Positions 38,993 through 47,464 of a stretch of 50,189 nt of DNA are shown here, in pieces. A model generated the notes under the pieces. It saw only the letters and a list, made by a program, of their open reading frames with translations. It searched no databases and was not told the origin of the DNA. The stretch lies in the NCBI GenBank assembly GCA_037441385.1, contig JBBISH010000035.1, positions 1 to 50,189 of the forward strand, given 5' to 3'. Position 1 is the stretch's first letter. Each line of letters begins with the position of its first letter. The stretch is from Myxococcales bacterium (GTDB lineage Bacteria; Myxococcota_A; UBA9042). The position numbers were made by a program, and so were the translations under genes.

Positions 38993-39402
38993 CGAGCAGC
39001 GGGCGGCGATAAGCCGGGTTCTGTTCCGCCGCGCCGTCGCCAGCCCGGCGGTGGTGACCATTCATCTGGGAACGCAATTGCTTGCGCCCTCGAGCGATCG
39101 ACCAGCAAGCTCGGGCGGGTCACCCTCCGGCGGACTTGCGCCCGCTGCGCCTGCCATTTGATCTTGCTCCAGGTGGGGTTTGCCGAAAGCGACGTTGCCG
39201 CCGCAGACCGTGCGCTCTTACCGCACGCTTTCACCCTTGCGCCGCGGGCCAAGGCCGGGGGCGCGGATTGCTTTCTGTGGCACTGTTCCCTGGGGTCGCC
39301 CCCGCCGGCTGTTGGCCGGCACCCTGCCCTGTGGAGCCCGGACTTTCCTCTGGTTGGCGGGCTGAAGCCCCAGCCAGCGGCCACCTGGCCACCCGCTGCT
39401 CG
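38993..39402 (-). ncRNA. rnpB: RNase P RNA (class A)
   Basis: Reverse strand has GAGGAAAGTCCGGGCTCC, AGTGCCACAGAAA, GGGTGAAA..GGTAAGAGCGCAC, GGCAAACCCCACCTGGAGCAAG and ACAGAACCCGGCTTA; terminal P1 pairing CGAGCAGCGGG/CCCGCTGCTCG. Confidence 0.97.
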
Positions 39403-39424
39403 GCGCGCAGTGTAGGGCCGGGAC

Positions 39425-40813
39425 CTATTGGGAACAAGCGTTGAGCTGGCCTGGGCAGAAGCTCTGGACGCAGGTCATGCAGTTGCTGGTGTTGGCACCG
39501 CTGCAATAGAGGCCGCAGTAGTTGTCGCGGCACGTGACGAAGGCGTCGACGTCGGCCTGGGCCTGCGGGCTGGCGGCCGCTTTGCAGGCCTTGGCGCAGG
39601 CCAGATCGCCATTGCATTTAGCTTGGCAGTTCGCCACTTGCAGGCAGGTCGTATAGAGCACCGGGGCCGCCGGGTAGCAGCTATCCCACAAGCTCTTGCA
39701 GCCGTTCTGGGCGCAGGTGACCTGGGCCTGGCCGGTGAGCGAGCCGCACTGATTGTCGATGCAGGTGAGGAGGCCGTAGTAGTCCTTGGCGCCCTGTTGG
39801 CTGGCCGCGGCGTTGCAGTTGTTGCTGCAGGTCGAGGAACTACCGCAGGTGGCCATGCAGTCCGAGGTCTTCTTGCAATCGGCCGTGCCCGAGCCGATGC
39901 AGGCCTGCTGCTCGCTGAAGCAGTTGGAGTACACGCATAGCATGGTCTCGTTGAATTTAACCTGATCCGCCAGCGACTTGCACACAGCTTTTAGGCAGCC
40001 TTGGTAGGCGTTGAGCAAGGACAAGCCCGAGGCGCTGCCTTGCGCCTTGCAGTTGTCCGGGCAGGTGGCGTCGCTGGCCGAGCAATTGCCAATGCATGCA
40101 GCGATCTGCGAGCAAGTCAGTGCCCCGCCGCCACCGGGCACGCAGGTGCCGTTTTGGCAGACCTGCCCGGCGATGCAGGCCGGGTTGCAGCCCGTGACCG
40201 CCTGGCACTTCCCCAAGTTGCAGGTTTGCCCCACGGGGCAGGCGACCGCGTCGGTCCAGACCAGGCAGCCGGACTTGGTCTTGGTACACGTATGCGTGGC
40301 GGCCGCGCCCGCGATGCACTCGGTCAAGTCCTGGGCAACGCACGTATTTTTGCACACGCAGGCGGCGCCCTCGCAGGTCAGGTCGGCGTTGCAGGCGGCG
40401 ACGGTCTGCCACTGGCCGCCCAGGCAGTTTTGGATCGCGTTGCCATCGCAGCGGGTCTGGCCGGGGCCGCAGACGGCAAGGTCGGGGCCGTTGTCGGGCG
40501 GCGGCAATTCCGGCCCGCTGTCCAGCACTTCCAAGCTGGGCACGTCGGCCACGGTCTCGGGCGCGCTGTCCAGGTTGGCGGCGTCTCCGCCGCTGCTTGC
40601 GTCGCTGGTGGGCGTGGCGTCCCCTTGGCCAAAGGTGATGTCGGGGTGGCAGTCGATGACCTCGCAAGTCGTTGGATCGACGCAGGCTCCCGTTTCTGGG
40701 CAAGGGATGCACAGCTTGGTGACCGGGTCGCGGCAGACGACCACACTGACCGAGTTGCTGGGTGAGCACGCCGAGCCAAGCAGGCCGCCGTACCCGGCGA
40801 GGCAAAGAAACAT
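39425..40813 (-). CDS. Cys-rich lipoprotein with three C-terminal helical Cys repeats
   Basis: Lipobox-like 'LGSAC', acidic linker, many Cys-rich modules, coding-like GC3. True start may be slightly upstream (see findings). Confidence 0.8.
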   Translation of the reverse strand: MFLCLAGYGGLLGSACSPSNSVSVVVCRDPVTKLCIPCPETGACVDPTTCEVIDCHPDITFGQGDATPTSDASSGGDAANLDSAPETVADVPSLEVLDSGPELPPPDNGPDLAVCGPGQTRCDGNAIQNCLGGQWQTVAACNADLTCEGAACVCKNTCVAQDLTECIAGAAATHTCTKTKSGCLVWTDAVACPVGQTCNLGKCQAVTGCNPACIAGQVCQNGTCVPGGGGALTCSQIAACIGNCSASDATCPDNCKAQGSASGLSLLNAYQGCLKAVCKSLADQVKFNETMLCVYSNCFSEQQACIGSGTADCKKTSDCMATCGSSSTCSNNCNAAASQQGAKDYYGLLTCIDNQCGSLTGQAQVTCAQNGCKSLWDSCYPAAPVLYTTCLQVANCQAKCNGDLACAKACKAAASPQAQADVDAFVTCRDNYCGLYCSGANTSNCMTCVQSFCPGQLNACSQ

Positions 40814-40949
40814 CAGAAGGTTACGGCTGGTTGGGCGGTAGATCGTGGCGTCCTCGGCGGCGAATCACAACGGCGAACAGCATACCGGCGCGGCAGAATC
40901 GGCGCAAACCTGCTAGGATCCGCCTGCGATCGCGCAAGCCGGGGCGTTC

Positions 40950-41612
40950 ATGCAGATTCTGTACGTCGACAACCACCTGCTCGTGGTCTACAAGCCGGCC
41001 GGACTGCCCGTCCAGGCCGACGCGAGCGGCGATCTCGACTTGCTGAGCATGGCCAAGCGCTGGATCAAGCAGGAATATGCCAAGCCGGGCGAGGTCTTTG
41101 TGGGCCTGGTGCACCGGCTGGATCGGCCGGCTCGCGGCGTGGTCGTCTTGGCGCGGACCAGCAAGGCCGCCGCCCGCCTGTCGGAACAATTTCGCAACCG
41201 CACCACGCTCAAGCGCTACGAGGTGGTGGTCTTGGGTCAACCGAACCCGCCCCAGGGCGAGCTCCGCGACGAATTGCAGAGCGACGAGCGCGGAACCCGA
41301 GTGGCGACGGGCGGTGCGCCCTCGGCGCTGAGCTACCGGACGCTTGGACGACGTGGCGACCGGACCTGGCTGGGGATCGACCTGGAGACAGGCCGCAAAC
41401 ATCAGATCCGCGTGCAGTTGGCCAGCCGTGGCTGGCCGGTGCTGGGCGATCTCCGCTATGGCGCCAAGAATCCGCTGCCTGATCAAAGCATTGCCCTACT
41501 GGCGCGGCGCCTGGAGATCGACCACCCTACCCGCGACGAGCGGATGGCGTTCGACGCTCCAGACCCGCCGGGCTGGCCGTGGCAACCGAACGAAAGTCGG
41601 GACTTTCTATAG
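40950..41612 (+). CDS. RluA-family RNA pseudouridine synthase
   Basis: 'VVYKPAGL', 'VHRLDRPARG', 'ETGRKHQIRVQLA..PVLGDLRYG'. Confidence 0.93.
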   Translation: MQILYVDNHLLVVYKPAGLPVQADASGDLDLLSMAKRWIKQEYAKPGEVFVGLVHRLDRPARGVVVLARTSKAAARLSEQFRNRTTLKRYEVVVLGQPNPPQGELRDELQSDERGTRVATGGAPSALSYRTLGRRGDRTWLGIDLETGRKHQIRVQLASRGWPVLGDLRYGAKNPLPDQSIALLARRLEIDHPTRDERMAFDAPDPPGWPWQPNESRDFL

Positions 41613-41615
41613 AGA

Positions 41616-43904
41616 TCAGTCGCCGAACTTCTGGCGTGCCTCGTCGTGCCACTGCTCGGGCCAGTAGTAGAAGCCCTCGCAAGCAATTGAATACAGGCAC
41701 GTTTTGCACTTTTCTTCGTGCCGGCGCCGCGACTGCAGGTAGTCGAACAGGTTCACGTCGTCCATCGACACGAACAGCATGTGCCGCTGCAGCTTGCCGA
41801 TGTCGCTCAGCCCGTACTCCTCGTACCCGGGCATGAAGCACATGGGCAGGTTGATGACCTGAAAGCGAATGTCCTTGCCGTAGCGATCGATCAGCGCCAT
41901 AGCCTGGCGGGCCGCCTCGGCCGGGTCGGGCTGGCACTCGGCGCTGGCGCGGCCAAACGGAGTCAGGAACTGAATGTTGCAGTTCTTGACGCCCATATCC
42001 ATCAGCAAGTCGCCGTATTCCATCAAGAACGGCGTATTGATCGTGGTCAACGTGACGTTGACGCCAAAATCGAGGCCGAGTTTTTCGCACAAGGGTCGCG
42101 CGTTGCGGATGCCCGCCGTGGTTTGCACAAAAGCGCCGCGCACTTGCACGTTGCGGTCGTGGACGTCGGGGTTGGGGCCGTGGAGCGAGACCAACAAGCT
42201 GGTGATCCCCGAGCGCACGATTTTTTCAGCGTTTTTCGGGTTAGACAGCATCCGGCCGTTGGTGGTCAGGTTCACGGCGCGGTAGCCCAGCTGACGGGCC
42301 GAGCGGATGAGGCGGAACAACTCGGGATTGGTGGTCGGCTCGCCACCGTCGAAGTCGCAGAGATCAAAGCCCTGTCTGCGCCGTTCGGCCAAAAAGGCCA
42401 CCTGCTCGTCGGCCTGACCGTGCCAGTCCGAACGGTTGCCTGTCGCACAAAATACGCAATGATTGTTGCAGATGTAGGTCGTATTGACGATGACCTTGCG
42501 CGGCGCCCAAGCCTCGAGCTTGGCCTCGAAGACTTTCTTGGCCAGGGCCAAATCGTGCGGCGTCCAATCGGATCCGCGCAACAGCGGTTTGCCCTGAAAA
42601 AGCGGTCCGATGTCGCGGTCTTCGCGATTGACCCACTGGCCCTGCTCGGTCACGGTCGCGTGCAGGCGCGTGCCCAGGATCGGGGTGGCAAATTGCAGCA
42701 GCGGCCGGGCCCCCCAGCGCTCGAACAAATCCCAGGCCGTGATCAAGGTTTGCAGGATCTCGGCTCGCGTCTCAGCCGGCTGACCGATCATCCAGTGCAC
42801 GACCAGGGGCAGGCCGTGTCGCTGGCACCACTCGGCGACCCGCTCGCTGGCTTGCAGGTCAAAGCGCTTGCCAATCAGATCGTTGGCCACGCGCTCGACC
42901 GCCGACTCTGCCGAGATCGACAGCACCGGCACGCGGCCAACCATCCGCGCCACCTGGGCCTCGCTCAGGCGGTCCGCGCGCATGCCGTTGGGAAAATCCA
43001 GTTTCAAATCGTACTGTTCGGCCACATCCAACAGCGCATCAAAGTGCCCCGCATGGACATTGACGAGTTCGTCCAACACGACCCAGCGGCAGACGTTCAG
43101 CTCTTCGCGGCACACGCGGGCGTGCTCGGCCAGCAAGTCCTTGCCCATCCGGCGGTAATTCTTGCCGGGCAGTCCCTCGCGCGACCACGGGTTCGACGTG
43201 CAGAAGTTGCAGGCAAAGCTGCAGCCGCGCGAGGTCTTGACCGGCAACAGGCCGGCGCTCAAGGCAAAGATCTCTTGCTTGTGGTTCGCCTGGCCACAGC
43301 GCTCCAAGAACCGCTGATAGGCCGGCAAGTCGATCAGGTCGTAGGCTGGCAGCGGCAGCCCGTCCAAATCGTCGCCAATCGGAGCACCCAACACCAGGCG
43401 CTGTTTGGGCTTTTCTCCAGCCACCAGGCGCGTGACCACCTCTGGCAGCGCTGCATCGGCCTCGAAGCGCACGCCATAATCGGCACCGACCTCATCGAGC
43501 GCCGTGGTCTCCCACGCGATCGTGTGCATTCCCCCCACGTCGCAGTCGGCCAGCACGATCGGCGCCGGCCAACGCTCGCGCAACGACTTGCAAAGCTTGA
43601 CTAATTCCGCCGTGGCTGCGGTGGCGCGCAGCCAGGGGCTGTAGCCGATCACGGTGACGTCGGGCGGCGCAGCCGGCAGCTTGGCGAGCAGGCCCGACAG
43701 CGGCACCCCCAGCCGCAGCCACGGCGGCGATTCGAGCAGAAGCCCAGAATTGGGCTGACAAAACGCGTCGAGCACCTGCACGTGGTGGCCAGCTCTGCCC
43801 AGCGCCGCGGCTGCTTGCCACACGCCCAGGTTGGTGAAGTAGGGATAGTCGATGAAGTCGCTGGCGAGCAACAACGGCGGCTGAATCAGCAGAACACGCG
43901 CCAC
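41616..43904 (-). CDS. Fusion: B12-binding radical SAM enzyme plus second HxsC-like radical SAM domain
   Basis: N-terminal 'RVLLIQPP..NLG..AAAL..GHHVQVLDA'; 'LDGLPLPAYDL', 'TSRGCSFACNFC'; second motif CNNHCVFC with 'DGGEPT', 'TTNG', 'NLPMC', CKTCLYSIACEG. GTG 43904 after a G-rich RBS. Confidence 0.9.
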   Translation of the reverse strand: MARVLLIQPPLLLASDFIDYPYFTNLGVWQAAAALGRAGHHVQVLDAFCQPNSGLLLESPPWLRLGVPLSGLLAKLPAAPPDVTVIGYSPWLRATAATAELVKLCKSLRERWPAPIVLADCDVGGMHTIAWETTALDEVGADYGVRFEADAALPEVVTRLVAGEKPKQRLVLGAPIGDDLDGLPLPAYDLIDLPAYQRFLERCGQANHKQEIFALSAGLLPVKTSRGCSFACNFCTSNPWSREGLPGKNYRRMGKDLLAEHARVCREELNVCRWVVLDELVNVHAGHFDALLDVAEQYDLKLDFPNGMRADRLSEAQVARMVGRVPVLSISAESAVERVANDLIGKRFDLQASERVAEWCQRHGLPLVVHWMIGQPAETRAEILQTLITAWDLFERWGARPLLQFATPILGTRLHATVTEQGQWVNREDRDIGPLFQGKPLLRGSDWTPHDLALAKKVFEAKLEAWAPRKVIVNTTYICNNHCVFCATGNRSDWHGQADEQVAFLAERRRQGFDLCDFDGGEPTTNPELFRLIRSARQLGYRAVNLTTNGRMLSNPKNAEKIVRSGITSLLVSLHGPNPDVHDRNVQVRGAFVQTTAGIRNARPLCEKLGLDFGVNVTLTTINTPFLMEYGDLLMDMGVKNCNIQFLTPFGRASAECQPDPAEAARQAMALIDRYGKDIRFQVINLPMCFMPGYEEYGLSDIGKLQRHMLFVSMDDVNLFDYLQSRRRHEEKCKTCLYSIACEGFYYWPEQWHDEARQKFGD

Positions 43905-44097
43905 GAGTCCCCCGGCCGGCTGGTGCGTCGAATGGAACCCGCGCGTGTCGGGTGCGACGTCGCCTGTGCCAGTATCCTGGGGGCCGCGAGCGGTGGCAAG
44001 GTACAGACGGCAAGGGTTGCCCGCTGTTGCAAAATCGTCCGCACTGGCCGGCTTGCAACCCCTGCTGGCCGCGGCTACTTTGGGGCCAGGAGGGCGT

Positions 44098-47000
44098 GTG
44101 TATCCCAATGCCTACCCACATCGGCCGACCGCGCCCAAGGCCTTGCCCCAACTGCTGATCGGCGTGGTCGCGCTGCTGGCGCTGTTGACGGCTGCCCCAG
44201 TGCACGCCTGGAGCGCGCGCAAAGTGGCGCCCGCCGGATCGAAACGCCGGCCTGCAACCCACGCGGCTCTGCCGCCAGCGGCCGAGTTGACGCTGGGCGA
44301 GCGCTGCCAGGCTGCCACCGGGCGATCGCCCCCCAATGTCGCGGAAGTGCTCGCGGTACTGCGGGCGGCCATGGCGGCGCGCGAGACGGCGTGCGGGCGC
44401 GATCTGGTGGCTCGGCTGCTTTTGGCCAAGGCCTCTCCGGCCCAATTGATCGAGGCCGGACAACTACTTGCGACCGATCCGTTGGGTCTGCCCGTGTGGA
44501 AACTGGCGTGGCAAAGCGGGCGGCGGCGGCCCCTGTGGGTGCGCCAAACCGGCGAGGGCTATGCCGACGCACTGCTGGCCCAAGGGGATGCCGAGGCTGC
44601 CCGAGTGGTGGTCGAGGCCGCTTTGGCGCAGGCGCCGGCCGGCACGCGCCGCGGTCTGTACGAGCGCGCAGCGGCGATCGCACGGCTGCAGGGCAAGGCG
44701 AGCGACGTGGCCGACGAGCTGAGCGTGGCCAGCGATCCAGACGCACAGGTGGTCGCCGCGCAGCTGATGGTCGAGCTGGGCCGCGACGAGGACGCCACGG
44801 CCACGTTGCGCAAAGCGTGGCAGCGGTATCCCGGGCACCGGGCGCTGCAGGCGGCGTTCATGCAGCTGCTGCAGCGGCTGGGTGTGCGCGACGAATTGCG
44901 ACAGCTGGTGGATCAGGTGGTGCGCCTGGCGCCGGCCGACCCGATGCCGTTGCTGACCGTACTGGATGCCCATATCGCTGCCCGCGACGCCCGCGCAGCG
45001 CGGGCCTTGATCGACGAGATGGCGCGGCGGTGGCCACAGCACGACCAAATGCTCGAGTCGCTGATCGATCGCGAGCAACGGCTTGGCGATGACCCGGCGC
45101 GCATCCGCACGTTGTACGAGCAGTTGCTGGTCGCCAGCCACCAGCAGCCGCAGTACTTGTTGGCCTACGCCGAGTGGCTGCTCAGCCACGGCGACAGCCG
45201 CGCGGCGCAGGCGGTGCTGGTGCGCCGGCCTGGCAAGGGCGAGCCAGTCCTGGAAGGGCTGATTCGTCAAGCACAACTGCTGATCGGCCACCGCATGGTG
45301 GTCGAGTCGCGCGAGCCGATCGAGCGGGCGGCCGCGCTGGCGCCCACCGATCCGCGGGTGTTGCGGCTGCAGGCCCAACAGGCCGAGCTGGAAAAGAATT
45401 TCCCCAAAGCCGAAGCGATCTGGTTCGGTCTGACCAAGCTGGGCGACGCGGCGAACCCTGCCGAGCGAAGGCGCGCGGCCGATGGGCGCCAGGCGCTGGT
45501 GGGGCTGTGGCGGCGGATCGACGTGTTGGCCCAGCGCACAGTCCAACTCGTGGCCGAGCTGCAAAACCAAGAGCCAACCCTTGGAAAAGCCCTGCTTTGG
45601 CTCGACGCAAGTGCGCAGCTGGACGAAGGCGCAAGCGTGCCAGGCTCGACTCTGGCGACGCTGCTGCCGCGCCTGCGCAGCAAGCTGGGTCCTGATCCCG
45701 AACTGCTGGCCGGACTTGTCAGCCTGGAACTGAGCCGCGGCCACGACGACGAAGTGGTCGCCTATTTGATGGACTTGCGCAGCGCCGACCCGGATGCCGC
45801 AGAACCCCTGTTGCAGCAAGCCCTGGAACACTGTCTGGCGCGAGGCCGGCGCGATTTGGCGGCTCCGCTTGAAGAGGCGCTGGCCAGCCTGGGTCAATCC
45901 GCGGCCAGCTTGGTCAAGCTGGGCGACTTGCACCTGCGCTACGGCGATGTCGCAGGCGCGACCGCGCTGTTCAAGCGTGCGGCCCAGGCAGAGCGGGGCG
46001 ACACGCGGGCTACCGCGCGCTTGGCGGCGATGTTCCGCAAGGCGGGCGAGGTGGCCGAAGAAGAAGCGGCGCTCCGCGATATCGTGGTGCGAACCTCCGA
46101 TGCCGACGAGCTAGAGGGGGCCGGTCAGCGCTTGATCACCGTGGCACTGGCGCGCGGGTCCGTCGCCGAGTTGGTGCGCTGGCTGGACGCGGTGGCGCCG
46201 CAGCACCCGCGGCGCGAGATCTTGGCCCGCTTGCGATCGAGCGCGCACGACGCGTGGCTGCGCACGGCCAGCCTGGACCAGGCCTTGGGGCATCCCGACC
46301 GCCTGCCACCTGCGGGCGACTTGGCCCAAGCGTTGGCGAGCGGTGACTTGGCCCTGCAGGTGCGGGCCCTGCGCGAGCTGGCCCTGCAACACCGTATGAT
46401 TCCAGTCAGTCTGGCCAAGAGCTTGCTGCAGAGCCCCAACCTGGTCTTGCGCCGCGACACCGCGTTGGCCCTGGGGGCAGCGGGCGTGCCAGCGGCGGCC
46501 GAATTGCTCCGCGACGTGATGGCCGAAGGCAGTGACCGCGACGAAGACGTGGTGGCCGCCCAGTTGGCTGCCTTGGCCCATCTGCCGGCCGTGCCTGGGA
46601 TCGATGCCGCCGTTCTGCCGCTGGTGAACCGCGGCGACCCGCTGGTGGTGCAGCTGGCGCAGCTGGTTGCGGGCGCCAAAGGCGGTACGGCAGCCGCGCC
46701 GGCGCTCATGGTCGGTATCCAGACGCCGCGCCGAGACATGGGGGCCGCCGCTCTCATCGCCTTGGGGGCCCTGGTGGGGCGCAACCCAAGCGACCCGAGC
46801 TTGGCGTCGGCGCGGGCGCTGCTGCTGGACCGCGGCGAACGCCTGCAGTGGTCGGGCACCGAGATTCCCCGCAACCTTGCAACCATGTGGGGTTTGCGCG
46901 CCTCTGGCCTGCAGCGGGCCGGGGTCTTGCTGCTGCGGACCGCCGTGGAGTCCGAGAGCTTGCTGCTGCGTCGGGCGGCCGTGGTCTTGCTGGCGCGGCG

Positions 47001-47280
47001 CAGCGCCCCTGAAATTCGGCTGCAATTGCCCGAAATCGGCGATGCGCAAGCGATGGCCAACCTCCGCTTTTCGGCGCGGCGCGACAATCTGGCCGACATA
47101 CTGGCAGGTGGTGAGGCCGAAGTGGTTGCAGCGCTTGTCGAACTTGGCCCGCAGTTGCGGCCCCTGGTCGAACAGCGCGCAGCCAACGACCCAACCTGGC
47201 GTAGCCGTTGGTGCGCGACCTGGCCGGAGTTACCCGCGGGGCAGGCGGCATGGTCGGCGGTCTGCCCGTCGACACCGTAG
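44098..47280 (+). CDS. Secreted TPR/HEAT-repeat alpha-solenoid protein
   Basis: AGGAGG RBS, GTG 44098; signal peptide ending 'VHA'; TPR-like 'LVKLGDLHLRYGDVAGATALFKRAAQ'; HEAT-like 'LLQSPNLVLRRDTALALG'. Confidence 0.78.
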   Translation: MYPNAYPHRPTAPKALPQLLIGVVALLALLTAAPVHAWSARKVAPAGSKRRPATHAALPPAAELTLGERCQAATGRSPPNVAEVLAVLRAAMAARETACGRDLVARLLLAKASPAQLIEAGQLLATDPLGLPVWKLAWQSGRRRPLWVRQTGEGYADALLAQGDAEAARVVVEAALAQAPAGTRRGLYERAAAIARLQGKASDVADELSVASDPDAQVVAAQLMVELGRDEDATATLRKAWQRYPGHRALQAAFMQLLQRLGVRDELRQLVDQVVRLAPADPMPLLTVLDAHIAARDARAARALIDEMARRWPQHDQMLESLIDREQRLGDDPARIRTLYEQLLVASHQQPQYLLAYAEWLLSHGDSRAAQAVLVRRPGKGEPVLEGLIRQAQLLIGHRMVVESREPIERAAALAPTDPRVLRLQAQQAELEKNFPKAEAIWFGLTKLGDAANPAERRRAADGRQALVGLWRRIDVLAQRTVQLVAELQNQEPTLGKALLWLDASAQLDEGASVPGSTLATLLPRLRSKLGPDPELLAGLVSLELSRGHDDEVVAYLMDLRSADPDAAEPLLQQALEHCLARGRRDLAAPLEEALASLGQSAASLVKLGDLHLRYGDVAGATALFKRAAQAERGDTRATARLAAMFRKAGEVAEEEAALRDIVVRTSDADELEGAGQRLITVALARGSVAELVRWLDAVAPQHPRREILARLRSSAHDAWLRTASLDQALGHPDRLPPAGDLAQALASGDLALQVRALRELALQHRMIPVSLAKSLLQSPNLVLRRDTALALGAAGVPAAAELLRDVMAEGSDRDEDVVAAQLAALAHLPAVPGIDAAVLPLVNRGDPLVVQLAQLVAGAKGGTAAAPALMVGIQTPRRDMGAAALIALGALVGRNPSDPSLASARALLLDRGERLQWSGTEIPRNLATMWGLRASGLQRAGVLLLRTAVESESLLLRRAAVVLLARRSAPEIRLQLPEIGDAQAMANLRFSARRDNLADILAGGEAEVVAALVELGPQLRPLVEQRAANDPTWRSRWCATWPELPAGQAAWSAVCPSTP

Positions 47281-47464
47281 CGGTTTTTGCCCCCCAACCC
47301 TTTGGCAGTCTGGCCGCACGTTGGTATGCTAGGGGGATCAGGCTCGGCACCGCCGCAGTCGTGGCACCGAGTTGGTGGGCCAGTCCCACCTTGCCCTGCC
47401 CAAGGAGCCCCTCATGTACCAGTCCCCGTGGTCCGTCCAGGCGGAGTTCAGCACGGAAAAAACC

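Noticed and set aside
41600..41620. Selenocysteine read-through at the TGA of the B12-rSAM fusion
   Set aside because: TGA is not at a Cys-equivalent position, no SECIS-like hairpin is evident and the convergent RluA gene ends 3 nt away.
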